Source: Barthelona sp. PCE (lineage: Eukaryota). From it: a DNA stretch of 64,000 nt. The notes under the pieces were generated by a model. It was given only the letters and a program-made list of their open reading frames with translations, was not told the DNA's origin and searched no databases. Below are positions 21,393 through 32,167 of this stretch, piece by piece. Each line of letters starts with the position of its first letter. The first letter of the stretch is position 1. The DNA is taken from positions 620,001 to 684,000 of the forward strand of contig JAUFOR010000001.1 of NCBI GenBank assembly GCA_040285745.1, written 5' to 3'. Both the position numbers and the translations under genes were made by a program.

Positions 21393-24300
21393 TTAGCAAA
21401 TATTAAGTTGATTAAAGCTATTAACCAAAGTTTCAAACATTTTTTGCAAATTTTGTGATAGAGTCCTCTTAGCAGGATCAAGAATACTGTTAAGCCTACT
21501 CAACAGCGTATCGAACTGGATACACTTACTAAAAACGTTTGGACTATTGGATTCAATGAATAAACTATTTGTGATACTCATTATCACATTCAACTCAACA
21601 TCTGAAATGTTTGACATTCTCGTTTTATCATCAGTCAAGGAAAGTCTTTCATTGTTAAATATGTTGTAAAGCATGATTATGAACGTACGATCGTTTTGAT
21701 CATCAGAATTAACGATAACTTTTCTCATGCAACTTGATCTAGTAAGAATTCTTTCAAATCCAATCAAAAACTGAACGAAAGCATCTGATTTGGATGCCTG
21801 ATCCATGATTATACGCTTCAAACTCTCTACAAACGCTACTCTCGAAAGAATTTGATCGCTGAAAACATCTTCAACATGCATATATGAAAGACACTTGAGA
21901 GCACTAATGTTAACAGAACGATCATCGAGGAGGTCTAAAACTCTGCAAATGAAAAATTTCGATTTCTCATCAGAACCATCGTAAGTAAGTTCAACAATAT
22001 CCTTTTCATCGCATTTAATACCAAAGGGATAGAGCAACAACATCCGCTTTGAAAACGCATCGGTCGACTCTCTCATGGAAAGGAGTCTTTGAATCACCTT
22101 TTTGTTTAGCTCTTTGCTAATTAAATCTAAACGTGACGGTTGCATACGCGTACAATTATAAAGACTGGCAATGCATTTGGTTATATGTTGCATATCGACT
22201 TCACCCGCACCCATGGTGATGATGTTAGACAGTGCCTCGAGGAAGGGAGCAAGATAAGAGTTGGATGCTGTACGGAACAAGTTGTTTGACATTGAGATTC
22301 TGTTGTACACATCGACAAGTCTTGTTCTACCCTCGTAACCAGCAGGTATGAACGCCTCGTACAGGGCCTCGAAACTGTCGCAGATCTTTGGTAGAACGAG
22401 CGATGAACATATTGAGAATTGTGAGATACATTCGAAAACGCGACCAATAATCATTGAATACTGCTCCTCGTGAACAAAAAGAAGACCCAGCAGGCCTTCC
22501 ATGTGCTCCTCGTTAAGAAGAGGGGTGGCATTATCTGCGACATACGTTGGAAACATTTCTCTCTGACGTTCGTGAGTATCATCAGTATCCAATTCCTTCA
22601 ACTTCTCCTTGTGATTGTTGAACGAGCTCAGAGCAAATACAATAGACCTGAACAGAGACGCAACGCATCCCTGCTGCACTGTCAATGACAGCAAACGGGA
22701 CCCTGACAGAGAGCTTTTGTTGTCAGATTTCGCAATGAGCCAGATGATGTTGACCGCCATAATCATGATGGGGAACTGTTGGGTTTGTAAGATCGACTTG
22801 ATGACATCGAACCCACCTGCCATGATAAGCATATGTAGTGCAGAGTGATCCAGCTTTGTTGTGGATGTTTGGACAATATGGTTAATAATGTTGCATACGA
22901 ACCAGATCGCTGTGAAGGATGCGTTATTGATCTGCAAAAGCGTATTGCAGTGGGTAACGAGACCAAACATGATGAATTCGATGGCTAGTTGATTCTTTTC
23001 GTCGAGCAACAAAATTGTCAGAATAAGCTCAAACATAACAGCTTGGTTTGCTCGCAGGGTATCTGCACGTATCTTTAGCTCTTCCATTCTTTCCATTCTT
23101 TGCATTTCCCCTTTCAAACGGAGCTTTTCCATTCCAGGATCTTGCTCCCTCTTTTCATTCACAGAAGAGTTCAGTAACTGCAGTTCATCAATTACATCCT
23201 TGAAAGCTGTAATACTCTTACCAAGAGTTGAAAGTATGATGTTAACACCGTCCTGCGATTTAATACAGTGAAGTGAAACTTTATCAAGATCTTTCAGGAT
23301 TGCACCTATCAATCTGCTCATGTATGCGTTGGTGACATCAACAGTAGCAATGGAGGGTACGTTTGTTAACAAGCGCCCAGTCTTATCGGAAGAGTCGAAG
23401 TTCTGCACCTGACCGACGTTGTGGTCGAAATCTTCAATGCTGGCCTGGGGAGTAGTGTGATGTTGTTGGTTTGTGCTATCGATCTCAAGCATATCAAAGC
23501 CGTCCGAATCAAAAACGTTTGATTCAACGTGCAAGTTATTACGTGCAGGGGTGGATTCCAAAATATGTGTGGTTTGAGACTTTGGTGTTGCTGGAATCGT
23601 AGGGATAGATGGCGAAAATGATACAATACTTCCAGAACTGGTTGGCGATATAGTTTTTGTTGGTGAAAAGAACCCTGAAGCGGTTATGGAACCGAGGTTG
23701 TGGAACGAAACATCGGGCAGCGACGGTGCTACAGTTGCTGGGGTTATGAAGTTGGTAACAGAATTGTCAGCAACATTCGTTGAGGGGGTGAATGTGAAGT
23801 TATCCAAAAAAGGAATGTCCATCTCCCCAAGATCTGCCATCTCGCTTTTGTCTGCGAGCTTCTTACTCACAACAGCAAGATCCTCTTTCTTGGGACTGAC
23901 CAAGGAAGGCATTATATCCGAAGGTTTGATAAGCGTAAAGTTTCTGTAGGTTACAAAGTCGCTTTGTTTCTCTTTTATGATCCAATCATCGTTTAGCAGT
24001 TCAATGGCACTAGGTCTTTCCTCTGGATTCTTCTTGAAACACTTCTTCAAAAACTGTTCAACCTCCTTCGGAATTCCTGCTGGAATTGGCATTGGCATCT
24101 CTACTGTCTGGAAAATTGCAGCATATGCAGACATAGATCCGTTTGGTGGGCTGCCTGTAATTAATTCATGGACCAAACAACCCAAAGACCAGATATCAGA
24201 CCTGTCCGTGGCTGGTAGCTCCTGGATAACCTCAGGTGACATCCAGTACGGGCTTCCCTTGAAGCCTCCGGTGGATGTATTGTTAAGAGCTATCCCAAAA

Positions 24301-24788
24301 TCAATAATCTTGACTGTTTTTTGGCTGTTAATCATGATATTGGCACCTTTTATATCTCTATGGATAATTCCCTTAGAGTGAATTAATTGGAGACCGTGTA
24401 GTACCTGGCACGTGATGCTACGGACCGTTTCAAGCTTTAGTTCCTGTTTTCGACAACGTACTGCTGCTGTATCACCATCAACATATTCTGTGACAATAAA
24501 TATATATCCTTCGAACTCAAAATGATTGTGGTACTTAATGATGTGATGGTTTTGTTCATGTGCGATCATGTTGTCATCAGTAAATGCACGTAAAACGTTT
24601 AGCTCATTTTCCCATTCCTCTTTTATGTCATCACTTGCTGGCATTACCTTACAGGCGAAGGTATCCATTTGATCTGTGATTTTGTATACATTTCCAAATG
24701 CTCCAGATCCTAAAAAAGTTGGATCTCTTGCGTAATCATGTGCTTCGAGAGCAGCATTAAGGGTTTTATCGTCTATACTGCAGTTCAT
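21393..24788 (-). CDS. STE-group Ser/Thr kinase, Cdc15/Cdc7(SIN)/MAP3K-epsilon-like, with long helical C-terminal region
   Basis: GSGAFG, HRDIKGANI, DFG, GSPYWMSPEVI, SDIWSLGCLVHELITGSPP; probable ATG at 24788. Confidence 0.85.
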   Translation of the reverse strand: MNCSIDDKTLNAALEAHDYARDPTFLGSGAFGNVYKITDQMDTFACKVMPASDDIKEEWENELNVLRAFTDDNMIAHEQNHHIIKYHNHFEFEGYIFIVTEYVDGDTAAVRCRKQELKLETVRSITCQVLHGLQLIHSKGIIHRDIKGANIMINSQKTVKIIDFGIALNNTSTGGFKGSPYWMSPEVIQELPATDRSDIWSLGCLVHELITGSPPNGSMSAYAAIFQTVEMPMPIPAGIPKEVEQFLKKCFKKNPEERPSAIELLNDDWIIKEKQSDFVTYRNFTLIKPSDIMPSLVSPKKEDLAVVSKKLADKSEMADLGEMDIPFLDNFTFTPSTNVADNSVTNFITPATVAPSLPDVSFHNLGSITASGFFSPTKTISPTSSGSIVSFSPSIPTIPATPKSQTTHILESTPARNNLHVESNVFDSDGFDMLEIDSTNQQHHTTPQASIEDFDHNVGQVQNFDSSDKTGRLLTNVPSIATVDVTNAYMSRLIGAILKDLDKVSLHCIKSQDGVNIILSTLGKSITAFKDVIDELQLLNSSVNEKREQDPGMEKLRLKGEMQRMERMEELKIRADTLRANQAVMFELILTILLLDEKNQLAIEFIMFGLVTHCNTLLQINNASFTAIWFVCNIINHIVQTSTTKLDHSALHMLIMAGGFDVIKSILQTQQFPIMIMAVNIIWLIAKSDNKSSLSGSRLLSLTVQQGCVASLFRSIVFALSSFNNHKEKLKELDTDDTHERQREMFPTYVADNATPLLNEEHMEGLLGLLFVHEEQYSMIIGRVFECISQFSICSSLVLPKICDSFEALYEAFIPAGYEGRTRLVDVYNRISMSNNLFRTASNSYLAPFLEALSNIITMGAGEVDMQHITKCIASLYNCTRMQPSRLDLISKELNKKVIQRLLSMRESTDAFSKRMLLLYPFGIKCDEKDIVELTYDGSDEKSKFFICRVLDLLDDRSVNISALKCLSYMHVEDVFSDQILSRVAFVESLKRIIMDQASKSDAFVQFLIGFERILTRSSCMRKVIVNSDDQNDRTFIIMLYNIFNNERLSLTDDKTRMSNISDVELNVIMSITNSLFIESNSPNVFSKCIQFDTLLSRLNSILDPAKRTLSQNLQKMFETLVNSFNQLNIC

Positions 24789-25095
24789 CGACAAAAAATC
24801 GTATGTATGCACAAAAGAAAGAAAAAGGGGATTAAAAAATTTAACGAAAGATTCTCAATATTATAGTTTTTAAAACAGATAGCACGTTCTTAAAACACTC
24901 ATATATACCCGCTCATATGTTAACCAAATCGCTACTTCTTTTGCGCGAATTTTTTAAATATCAAAGTTTAAAGAGAGATTCTATAGATTTAATATAGATT
25001 AAATTGGTTTACATGTCATCTGTATCATCTTGGACCCATACATTTGATGTGAATTACGTTTTTGCCTTTTAGTTCTTTATTCAACATCTGAATTA

Positions 25096-26220
25096 ATGAA
25101 GGACTATTTATTGGTTGGGGGCAGCCATGTTGAGGGAATGGGCGCCCGTCCCAGCGGTTTTTTTCGAAAACTATGTCAGGGTATCGTTGATAATTGCAAT
25201 CCCGATATGTACACCTATGTCAACGGTATTGAGTCCAAAGAGCATTTGATATCATTACTAAATATCACTGTGGACCACAAGATCATCTTTTGGTTTGCTG
25301 CAGTGCCCAATTCCTGGAAGTTGAATGAGGAAGCCACCCTTGGTAGAATTAAACAGTTGAATTACAGGTGTATGCTTGTGTGTAGCAAGTTCAACGGAAC
25401 CACCACTGAGCCGAAATATTCAGACGCAGAGCTGATCGGCCGAGCATTAGCTGTGAAAGCGAATGTGGCTATTGAATTTAAAAAAAATGAAGAACAGAAA
25501 GTTTTTTCTCGATTGTTTGATTGCTTGGGCAACTGTTTTGCGGCCACTTACGACATTGAAGAGCTTTTTAATGCAATTAAAAATCGTTTAACACTCTTAA
25601 GCTCAGTCATCAGGTGGCGTTCAACATCGATCGATGAAGAACCAGCAAACCCACCACAGCTCCAAATGGACGCGTTCCTCAATGTCGTGCACGAGTACGC
25701 GGAGGTGTACTCTGTATGCATGGCTGAGGCAGCGAAAAATGGTGACCGATTCTTTGGGAACTGTTCTTTCCGTGCACCTGATCATTTTAGGTGCTTAAAG
25801 CTATTCCCCTCCATGCGCAGTGATTCTGGCATATATGTTTCGCCTCGGAATGTTGATAAAAAGAAGGTGAGCTCTATGGTTTTGTGCAAACTTAACGAGG
25901 AAGGTAATGGTGTCGAGTTTATTGGTGAAAGAAAACCATCAGTGGACACACCCGTTCAGTTGCTACTGTATTCATACTATAAGAATATAAACTACATGGT
26001 TCACGGTCACACTTACGTTGAAACTGCAATCATAACAGATACCGTCTATCCATGTGGAGCTGTGCAGGAGGCAGAGTGTATCATCCGTGCTGCACCTGAC
26101 CCGTTCGCAACACGGTTGGCCATCAATATTAAGGGTCATGGGCATATCCTGATGGGTCAGTGCATTGAAGACTTGATTGGTTATGAGTGTGATGCCAGAC
26201 CGGTATTTGAAAGGTGTTAG
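25096..26220 (+). CDS. Class II aldolase/adducin-domain protein with uncharacterised N-terminal domain
   Basis: GNCSFR, KPSVDTPVQ, MVHGH and NIKGHG motifs (three His metal ligands). Confidence 0.75.
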   Translation: MKDYLLVGGSHVEGMGARPSGFFRKLCQGIVDNCNPDMYTYVNGIESKEHLISLLNITVDHKIIFWFAAVPNSWKLNEEATLGRIKQLNYRCMLVCSKFNGTTTEPKYSDAELIGRALAVKANVAIEFKKNEEQKVFSRLFDCLGNCFAATYDIEELFNAIKNRLTLLSSVIRWRSTSIDEEPANPPQLQMDAFLNVVHEYAEVYSVCMAEAAKNGDRFFGNCSFRAPDHFRCLKLFPSMRSDSGIYVSPRNVDKKKVSSMVLCKLNEEGNGVEFIGERKPSVDTPVQLLLYSYYKNINYMVHGHTYVETAIITDTVYPCGAVQEAECIIRAAPDPFATRLAINIKGHGHILMGQCIEDLIGYECDARPVFERC

Positions 26221-28028
26221 TCTCTCTCGTGTTTGTAAACATCCAAAAGGTAGTCAGTTTCATGTAATTTGCAGAGATGGGCAAGAACAAATATGTTAAT
26301 TAGACCAACTGCGACACAACCCCCATATGTCCAATGCTTGGATGTGTCAAAAAGGCCACCAAGGACAAGCGGTCCTGCAAAGCGCCCCAACCACCTACAA
26401 CTGTTTGCCACCGCTAAAACCATTGCGACATCAACGGAACTGGCACAGTCAGCACTGATAGTCATTACAGGTCCAACAACAAAAGAAACAATACCATGGA
26501 AAGCGGAAATGACACAGTAACTGATGTATGAATCGAAGAAGTTATATAGGGAATAGACAATTGTGATTAAAATTTGACCATAAAGAGCAAGTTTGTATTG
26601 ACCGATATTCTTTGACAATCGCTTCACAAAAAACATGTGAAACATAACCATTGATACTGCCATTATCAAAAGAACATATGAAACAAGAGTTGCTGAAGCA
26701 TTCTGTTGAGTGACCAGATCATAACCCACTGTGTTCAAGATAGTTTGATTTGTCGACCAGACTAAAAATGTGGAGAGCATTGCGTATCTAAACCTCTTGT
26801 GTTTGATGAAATAAGACACCATTGAATATGATATATTGCTAATTGGAACACCATCTACTAATTTAATACTTTTCTCGCTTACTGCATCTTCTAACTCTTT
26901 GAAACGGTTAAATTCAGCACGACTGAGTCCTGTTACACGAGATTTTGTGCTGCATATTTTCTTTTGAGGTTCTATGTGATTTTTTAACCCAAAAAATTCA
27001 ACTATAAATGAGACAAAACAAAAAAGCATAAAAAGATACATTGTTTTTTCGAAACTTTTATCAAAAACATTATCATAAAAGTAAGCACCACCAAAGATGC
27101 CAAAGATACCCGATAAACTCATCATTGATGTCATCCAACCGAATAAATGAACCTTTGCCGGACTGTTCTTTGGGGTTAAATCACTGAATAATGAAGAAAT
27201 AGTTACTGTACACGATGCAAATATACCTCCAAGGGCACGTGACATGAAATGGCCGATTAAAGTCTTGGAAATAGCACTACAGTATAGACTTACAGATAGG
27301 AAGAATAAGCAAACTAATATCGTCAGTCTCTGACCGAATTTATCCGTTATCTTGCCCAGGAAGGGACTTGCAATTGTACTTGAGAGAGCAAACACACTAA
27401 GAATTGCGCTGTATGCAAAAGAGCCGGCGTTTAGTGTTGTGAGCTGCTCTGGAAGTAACGGATTTAGAACACTAAAAGAGCACCCGAGGAGGAACATGCC
27501 CAGAAACGGGAGAAATACAAGACTAAACGTGATTCGTGGATGTATATTTGCCTTTAAGGTATTGAACTCTTCTTTGATAACGTTGAAAGATCGTATGCAT
27601 CCTTCATGGAGGGCAACAACGCATGCAGCACTGTTTAAGGCTTGGAAGAATTGAAGCATTTCGGATTTCAAAGCATCAATATCCATTGTTTCTTGAAGTA
27701 GAACGCAGTACAAATTGTTGTCGAATTCGTGGTAAAGCAAGGCGTGTTCAGTCGGTTGCCCGTCTTCAAGGTGATCATCGATGTTAATTTGGCTCCTGAC
27801 ATGATCAAAAATATCTGCATAAGTTGTTGATTGAGAAGGTATATGTCCTACTAAATGGTGAGTAAGTGCTTCTTCGTGGCTTATATCGACCAAAAAATTG
27901 TGTTCAGAATCGAAATTGTAGATATCAGATATCAAATTCTCAATCCTGCTGTCCACAAATGATATTTTCTCATATTTGAACGTATCTTGAGATAAACAGT
28001 CCCTTAGAACATCTAATTGTTGTTCCAT
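26217..28028 (-). CDS. MFS transporter (DHA1/TetA-like) with ~165-aa soluble N-terminal extension
   Basis: About 12 TM segments, motif A GKITDKFGQR, SRALGG; ATG at 28028. Confidence 0.88.
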   Translation of the reverse strand: MEQQLDVLRDCLSQDTFKYEKISFVDSRIENLISDIYNFDSEHNFLVDISHEEALTHHLVGHIPSQSTTYADIFDHVRSQINIDDHLEDGQPTEHALLYHEFDNNLYCVLLQETMDIDALKSEMLQFFQALNSAACVVALHEGCIRSFNVIKEEFNTLKANIHPRITFSLVFLPFLGMFLLGCSFSVLNPLLPEQLTTLNAGSFAYSAILSVFALSSTIASPFLGKITDKFGQRLTILVCLFFLSVSLYCSAISKTLIGHFMSRALGGIFASCTVTISSLFSDLTPKNSPAKVHLFGWMTSMMSLSGIFGIFGGAYFYDNVFDKSFEKTMYLFMLFCFVSFIVEFFGLKNHIEPQKKICSTKSRVTGLSRAEFNRFKELEDAVSEKSIKLVDGVPISNISYSMVSYFIKHKRFRYAMLSTFLVWSTNQTILNTVGYDLVTQQNASATLVSYVLLIMAVSMVMFHMFFVKRLSKNIGQYKLALYGQILITIVYSLYNFFDSYISYCVISAFHGIVSFVVGPVMTISADCASSVDVAMVLAVANSCRWLGRFAGPLVLGGLFDTSKHWTYGGCVAVGLINIFVLAHLCKLHETDYLLDVYKHERD

Positions 28029-28420
28029 TAATTTGAAGAAGAAGAAAAAAGTCTTTCCAAAAACTATCTTACTTTCTGCCAAAAGAAAACAGCATTTTGT
28101 GGTGTTTTTTGGAGTTTATATGCGATATTGATCAAAAGCAAACATAGAATTTTTCACTAACTGGGCTAAGCTTTTGAACACCTATCGCGAAGTTCTATCA
28201 TGTTTATTCCTTAATTTAGTTCAGTTAGGAGTATATTATGAGACACAATAAATATTTTTGTTTTGCAATTATTTGTCTAGTTTTTCCTATTCTACTGGTT
28301 AGGACATAAGATTTCAGCTTTATAGTTGCACAAAGAATCGGAACTGTTCATGTATTGAAACAGCGCTGTGTTTTGACATTTCTCACCTAACACAAGGATA
28401 TTCACAGATAAACGTATGAA

Positions 28421-30361
28421 ATGAAGGGCGAATTGGGGATTAGCGTATTGGGCGCAGCTCAAGATGTAGGAGGATCGTGTTACATATTATATATTAGCGG
28501 TTTTCGTGTTCTAATTGATGTTGGTCTCTTTACTGGACGTAAAGCAGTTGATCCGTGGCCACAGTTTGAGGTTCAGTTGGATACATTAAAAAAACTGGAT
28601 GCAATTATTATTACCCATCATCATATGGATCATGTGGGGTCTATACTGAAGTTACTCGAACTAACAAGTTTCAAAGGGCCCATATATATGACAGACTTCA
28701 CAGATAGTTCATCTAAAGTCGTAATCAGTGATTCTTTAAGACTTCAACAAAAAAGACAAGGTGTTTTCGAGAAAAACAAGAGTTTTAAGTCATTATTGGA
28801 CGATGGCTTCAACAATGTTAATTATATACAGTACGACAGAACTTTCTATATACCTAGCAGACATGGAACTAGAGGATTTTTGAAAGTAGTTCCAATTTTT
28901 TCTTCCCATCTTTTAGGAGCTGTGTCTCTATTTATATATTCGAAGGAATACACGTTTTATTACTCAGGAGACGTCTATAATGTTCCGGATTCACTATTAA
29001 AGCCCGCACAAAATTCTTTTAAGTTCAAGGGTGCTGTAGCACCAGATTTAGCATTAGTTGAAGCAACAAACGCATCCAAGCGTGTTATGCCTCGGAGAAG
29101 ACGTAATTACAAGATTAAAAGAAATGTAAGATCCGTCGTCTTGCAGGGAGGCAAGATTCTTATGCCTCTTTTGAGTCTTGGTCGTGCGCAAGAAGTAGCA
29201 GTGATCATTGATCAATGGTTACAGCATAACCCAGTGGACAGATATCATGTGCTCAAGTATTTTGAAGTGTTACAAGATTTCCAATCAAAAAGAGTTGGAA
29301 TTCGATTTTTTTTCTCTTCTCCTTTAGCAGAAGCAATCAATTACTCGTATTTAAACGTGATTCAAGATTTTTCATCAGGATTGCGTTATCATTTCAAGAA
29401 GTGTTCAACATCCAATGGAGTACATCATCGATTTAACATTGGTGATGCGACCACCGTTGGAGAATTGTACAATCCTTGTTCATTTGTATTTTTAGAACCT
29501 GTCACAGACAACCATCATCTTTTTCATCGAGGAGCTATGAGTTTAATTTGTTCACCAGCACAAATCGGTAATGTAGGTATTTCTTTTAGGGTTCTTTCAA
29601 AATGGTGTACTTCAAGAAAAAATATGTTTTTTTCTATCGGTTATAACAAGAGTCATTCGTCGAACGGTCGAATTTTGTCTGGTAAAACAAAGAGTTTAGA
29701 TACTAGGGAAGGACAGAGCCCAATCAATTGCCAATTAGATTCAATTGATTTTTTCAATCATTCAGATCGCATGGGTGTTGTGTTGTTGATCATGGCACTT
29801 AAAATGAAAAATGTTGCATTTATTCACGGAGAGCATTCTATGCTAGGTCGTTTTCTTGGTAATATTCGATTTTCTTCGTTATTTGATTACCTTAATTGCC
29901 ACGCATTTGTACCAGATAACTATTCAGACATGGTTGTTGAAGATAAAAGTAAGAAAATAGCAGTTGCTAAGAAAGTTAGTGTTCCTTCTTTTCCTGAATG
30001 GTTTGATCCTTTAAATTCGACAGACGATCTCGTACTAATGCGATCAAACACTAATATTGAAGTTTGTTCAGTTTCTGATATTAATAAGCTCATAATAGTT
30101 ACAGATTTTTCACTGCGAAGTGATCTTGAAGTTGGTTTTATGAAAACATTTGTGGCTGAGGTTTCAAGAGATATTGAAAATTTTGGCTTTTTGACTGATG
30201 TTGATGGGATTTTTGTTGAATTTTTAGAAACTATCAAGTTTGGAAACAGTGAATGCATTTTTTCTACATGTTCCAACAGTGTGAGCGTCGAGTACACAGC
30301 AAATAATGTCGATTTAGTTCTCAGGTTCCAAGATTTTTTGAGTGTAAATGATCTTCTTTAG
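28421..30361 (+). CDS. Metallo-beta-lactamase/beta-CASP RNase, INTS11/CPSF73 family (INTS11-like)
   Basis: LGAAQDVGGSC, THHHMDH, HLLGA, YSGD, LGRAQE, HSD and IHGE; QDVG is the INTS11-type spelling. Confidence 0.85.
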   Translation: MKGELGISVLGAAQDVGGSCYILYISGFRVLIDVGLFTGRKAVDPWPQFEVQLDTLKKLDAIIITHHHMDHVGSILKLLELTSFKGPIYMTDFTDSSSKVVISDSLRLQQKRQGVFEKNKSFKSLLDDGFNNVNYIQYDRTFYIPSRHGTRGFLKVVPIFSSHLLGAVSLFIYSKEYTFYYSGDVYNVPDSLLKPAQNSFKFKGAVAPDLALVEATNASKRVMPRRRRNYKIKRNVRSVVLQGGKILMPLLSLGRAQEVAVIIDQWLQHNPVDRYHVLKYFEVLQDFQSKRVGIRFFFSSPLAEAINYSYLNVIQDFSSGLRYHFKKCSTSNGVHHRFNIGDATTVGELYNPCSFVFLEPVTDNHHLFHRGAMSLICSPAQIGNVGISFRVLSKWCTSRKNMFFSIGYNKSHSSNGRILSGKTKSLDTREGQSPINCQLDSIDFFNHSDRMGVVLLIMALKMKNVAFIHGEHSMLGRFLGNIRFSSLFDYLNCHAFVPDNYSDMVVEDKSKKIAVAKKVSVPSFPEWFDPLNSTDDLVLMRSNTNIEVCSVSDINKLIIVTDFSLRSDLEVGFMKTFVAEVSRDIENFGFLTDVDGIFVEFLETIKFGNSECIFSTCSNSVSVEYTANNVDLVLRFQDFLSVNDLL

Positions 30362-30487
30362 ATATTCGCTTTTGTATTTTTATCCCATTAATAAGGGTGT
30401 ATCTCATATTTGTAACTTAATGATGTGGCGAGAAGTAAATTTTATGAGTTTTGGACCTTGTTTCACTTTTCTTTCCTATATCAACTT

Positions 30488-32131
30488 ATGTCCACTGCTG
30501 ACGATTGCAAAGCCCGAGGTAACAACCACCTCCGCGCCAGAGAGTACGAACAGGCTGTTGCCGCTTACTCTGAGGGTCTTGAGATTGATCCTTCCCATCA
30601 TGTTCTTTATTCGAACCGTGCAGCTGCATACATCAATTTGCAGAAAGCAACCGAGGCACTTGAAGATGCTGAGAGCTGTATCAAGTGTAATCCTGCATTT
30701 GTTAAAGGATTTTTGCGTAAGGCAACTGCACTCAAGATGTTGGGACGTACACCCGATGCCGTTGACGCCATCGAGGCCGGTCTTCAAATCCAACCCGAGT
30801 TTGGCCCTCTCAAATCACTGCAGCAAGAGATCATGAGTGAACAGCAGAATCGTATGCAGGGTCTCTTTTCCAACCCCAGATTCCTTGAGCTTATGCAAGA
30901 TCCTGAGGTCGCAGAGGCAATCCAAGACCCCACCAAGCTTCAGGAGCACATGGGGAACCCAAAGGTCTTGGAAGCTGTCATGATGCTTCAGGGAATGATG
31001 GGTGGAATGCCTGGTGCCCCTCAACCTGGTGCCCCTCAACCTGGTGCCCCTCAACCTGGTGCCCCTCAACCTCAACCTGCTCCCAAGCCACAGCCCAAGC
31101 CCGAACCAAAATCCGAACCTAAAATTGCGGTTAAGACTGTAGAGGAAGAGGCAGATGAGATCAAGGCGGAGGGCAACAAGCTTTTCAAGAATAAGAATTA
31201 TGATGGAGCTATTGATAAATACCGCGAGGCATACGCCAAGCATCCAAATCCAGTATACTTGAGCAATATCGCTGCTGTACACACGCAACGCAAGGAATTC
31301 GACATTGCCATTGAGATCACTGAAGAAATGATTGAAAAGGCACGTGAGCTTTGTAATGGTGAGTATATCTCAAAGGGTCTTGAAAGAATGGGAAACATTA
31401 AGAAGGCAATGGGCGAGGTCGAGGAGGCCGTTAAGTTCTGGAAAGATGCTGACTTGGAGTTTTCTCACCGCAAGCTTCGTGTCAAGATTCGTGAAGGCGA
31501 GCGCGATGTTCGTGCCATCAAGAAGAAGGCATACGTCGATCCTGAGCTTTCCCAAGCTGCCAAACAACGCGGTAATGAGCTGTTTGCTGAGGAGAAATTT
31601 GTTGAAGCAATTCAACAATACGAGGAAGCTATCAAACGTGACCCTACCTCTCACACCGCTGTCGCTAATCGTGGTCTTTGCAAGCTCCGTCTTGGTGACT
31701 TCATGGGATGCGTCAAAGACTGTGATGATGCTCTGGAGATTGATCCCACTTATATCAAGGCTCTAATTAGGGCTGCACAAGCATATCAATATATGGCTAT
31801 GTATCATAAGTCCCTTGAGTACTACAAGCGCGCCCAAGCTCTCGAGCCCAGCGAGCACAGTGTACTTCAGGGCATGCAGGAGTTGGAGACCGTCGTTCAA
31901 CGCATGCAGATGAAGGGACCAGATGAAGAGATGGTCCGTCGCAACGCTGAGATGCCTTCTATTAAGAAGCTCGTCACTGACCCTGGTCTTCAGCATTTGT
32001 TGCAGGAGATATCCACTAACCCCGCTGCTATGATGCAAGCTATGTCGACCCCTGGCGTTGCTGATTCTTTACAGATGCTTATCTATGCCGGTGTTCTCCG
32101 TACACAGGGTCCTATTCCCAGGTCTCAATAA
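30488..32131 (+). CDS. STI1: Hsp70/Hsp90 organising protein STI1/HOP
   Basis: TPR1 (KARGN..., HVLYSNRAAAY), DP1, TPR2A, TPR2B (AYVDPELS..KQRGNELF) and DP2; ATG at 30488. Confidence 0.95.
   Translation: MSTADDCKARGNNHLRAREYEQAVAAYSEGLEIDPSHHVLYSNRAAAYINLQKATEALEDAESCIKCNPAFVKGFLRKATALKMLGRTPDAVDAIEAGLQIQPEFGPLKSLQQEIMSEQQNRMQGLFSNPRFLELMQDPEVAEAIQDPTKLQEHMGNPKVLEAVMMLQGMMGGMPGAPQPGAPQPGAPQPGAPQPQPAPKPQPKPEPKSEPKIAVKTVEEEADEIKAEGNKLFKNKNYDGAIDKYREAYAKHPNPVYLSNIAAVHTQRKEFDIAIEITEEMIEKARELCNGEYISKGLERMGNIKKAMGEVEEAVKFWKDADLEFSHRKLRVKIREGERDVRAIKKKAYVDPELSQAAKQRGNELFAEEKFVEAIQQYEEAIKRDPTSHTAVANRGLCKLRLGDFMGCVKDCDDALEIDPTYIKALIRAAQAYQYMAMYHKSLEYYKRAQALEPSEHSVLQGMQELETVVQRMQMKGPDEEMVRRNAEMPSIKKLVTDPGLQHLLQEISTNPAAMMQAMSTPGVADSLQMLIYAGVLRTQGPIPRSQ
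31010..31069 (+). repeat. Four perfect 15-nt repeats CCTGGTGCCCCTCAA (PGAPQ) in the STI1 linker
   Basis: Read directly from the sequence. Confidence 0.95.
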
Positions 32132-32167
32132 ACACGAGTATTTTGTTAATAGAAAACCGTTTATTAA

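Noticed and set aside
21383..21406. TGC-TGA as Cys-selenocysteine readthrough in the saposin
   Set aside because: The Cys is the normal last saposin Cys, and I saw no SECIS-like element.
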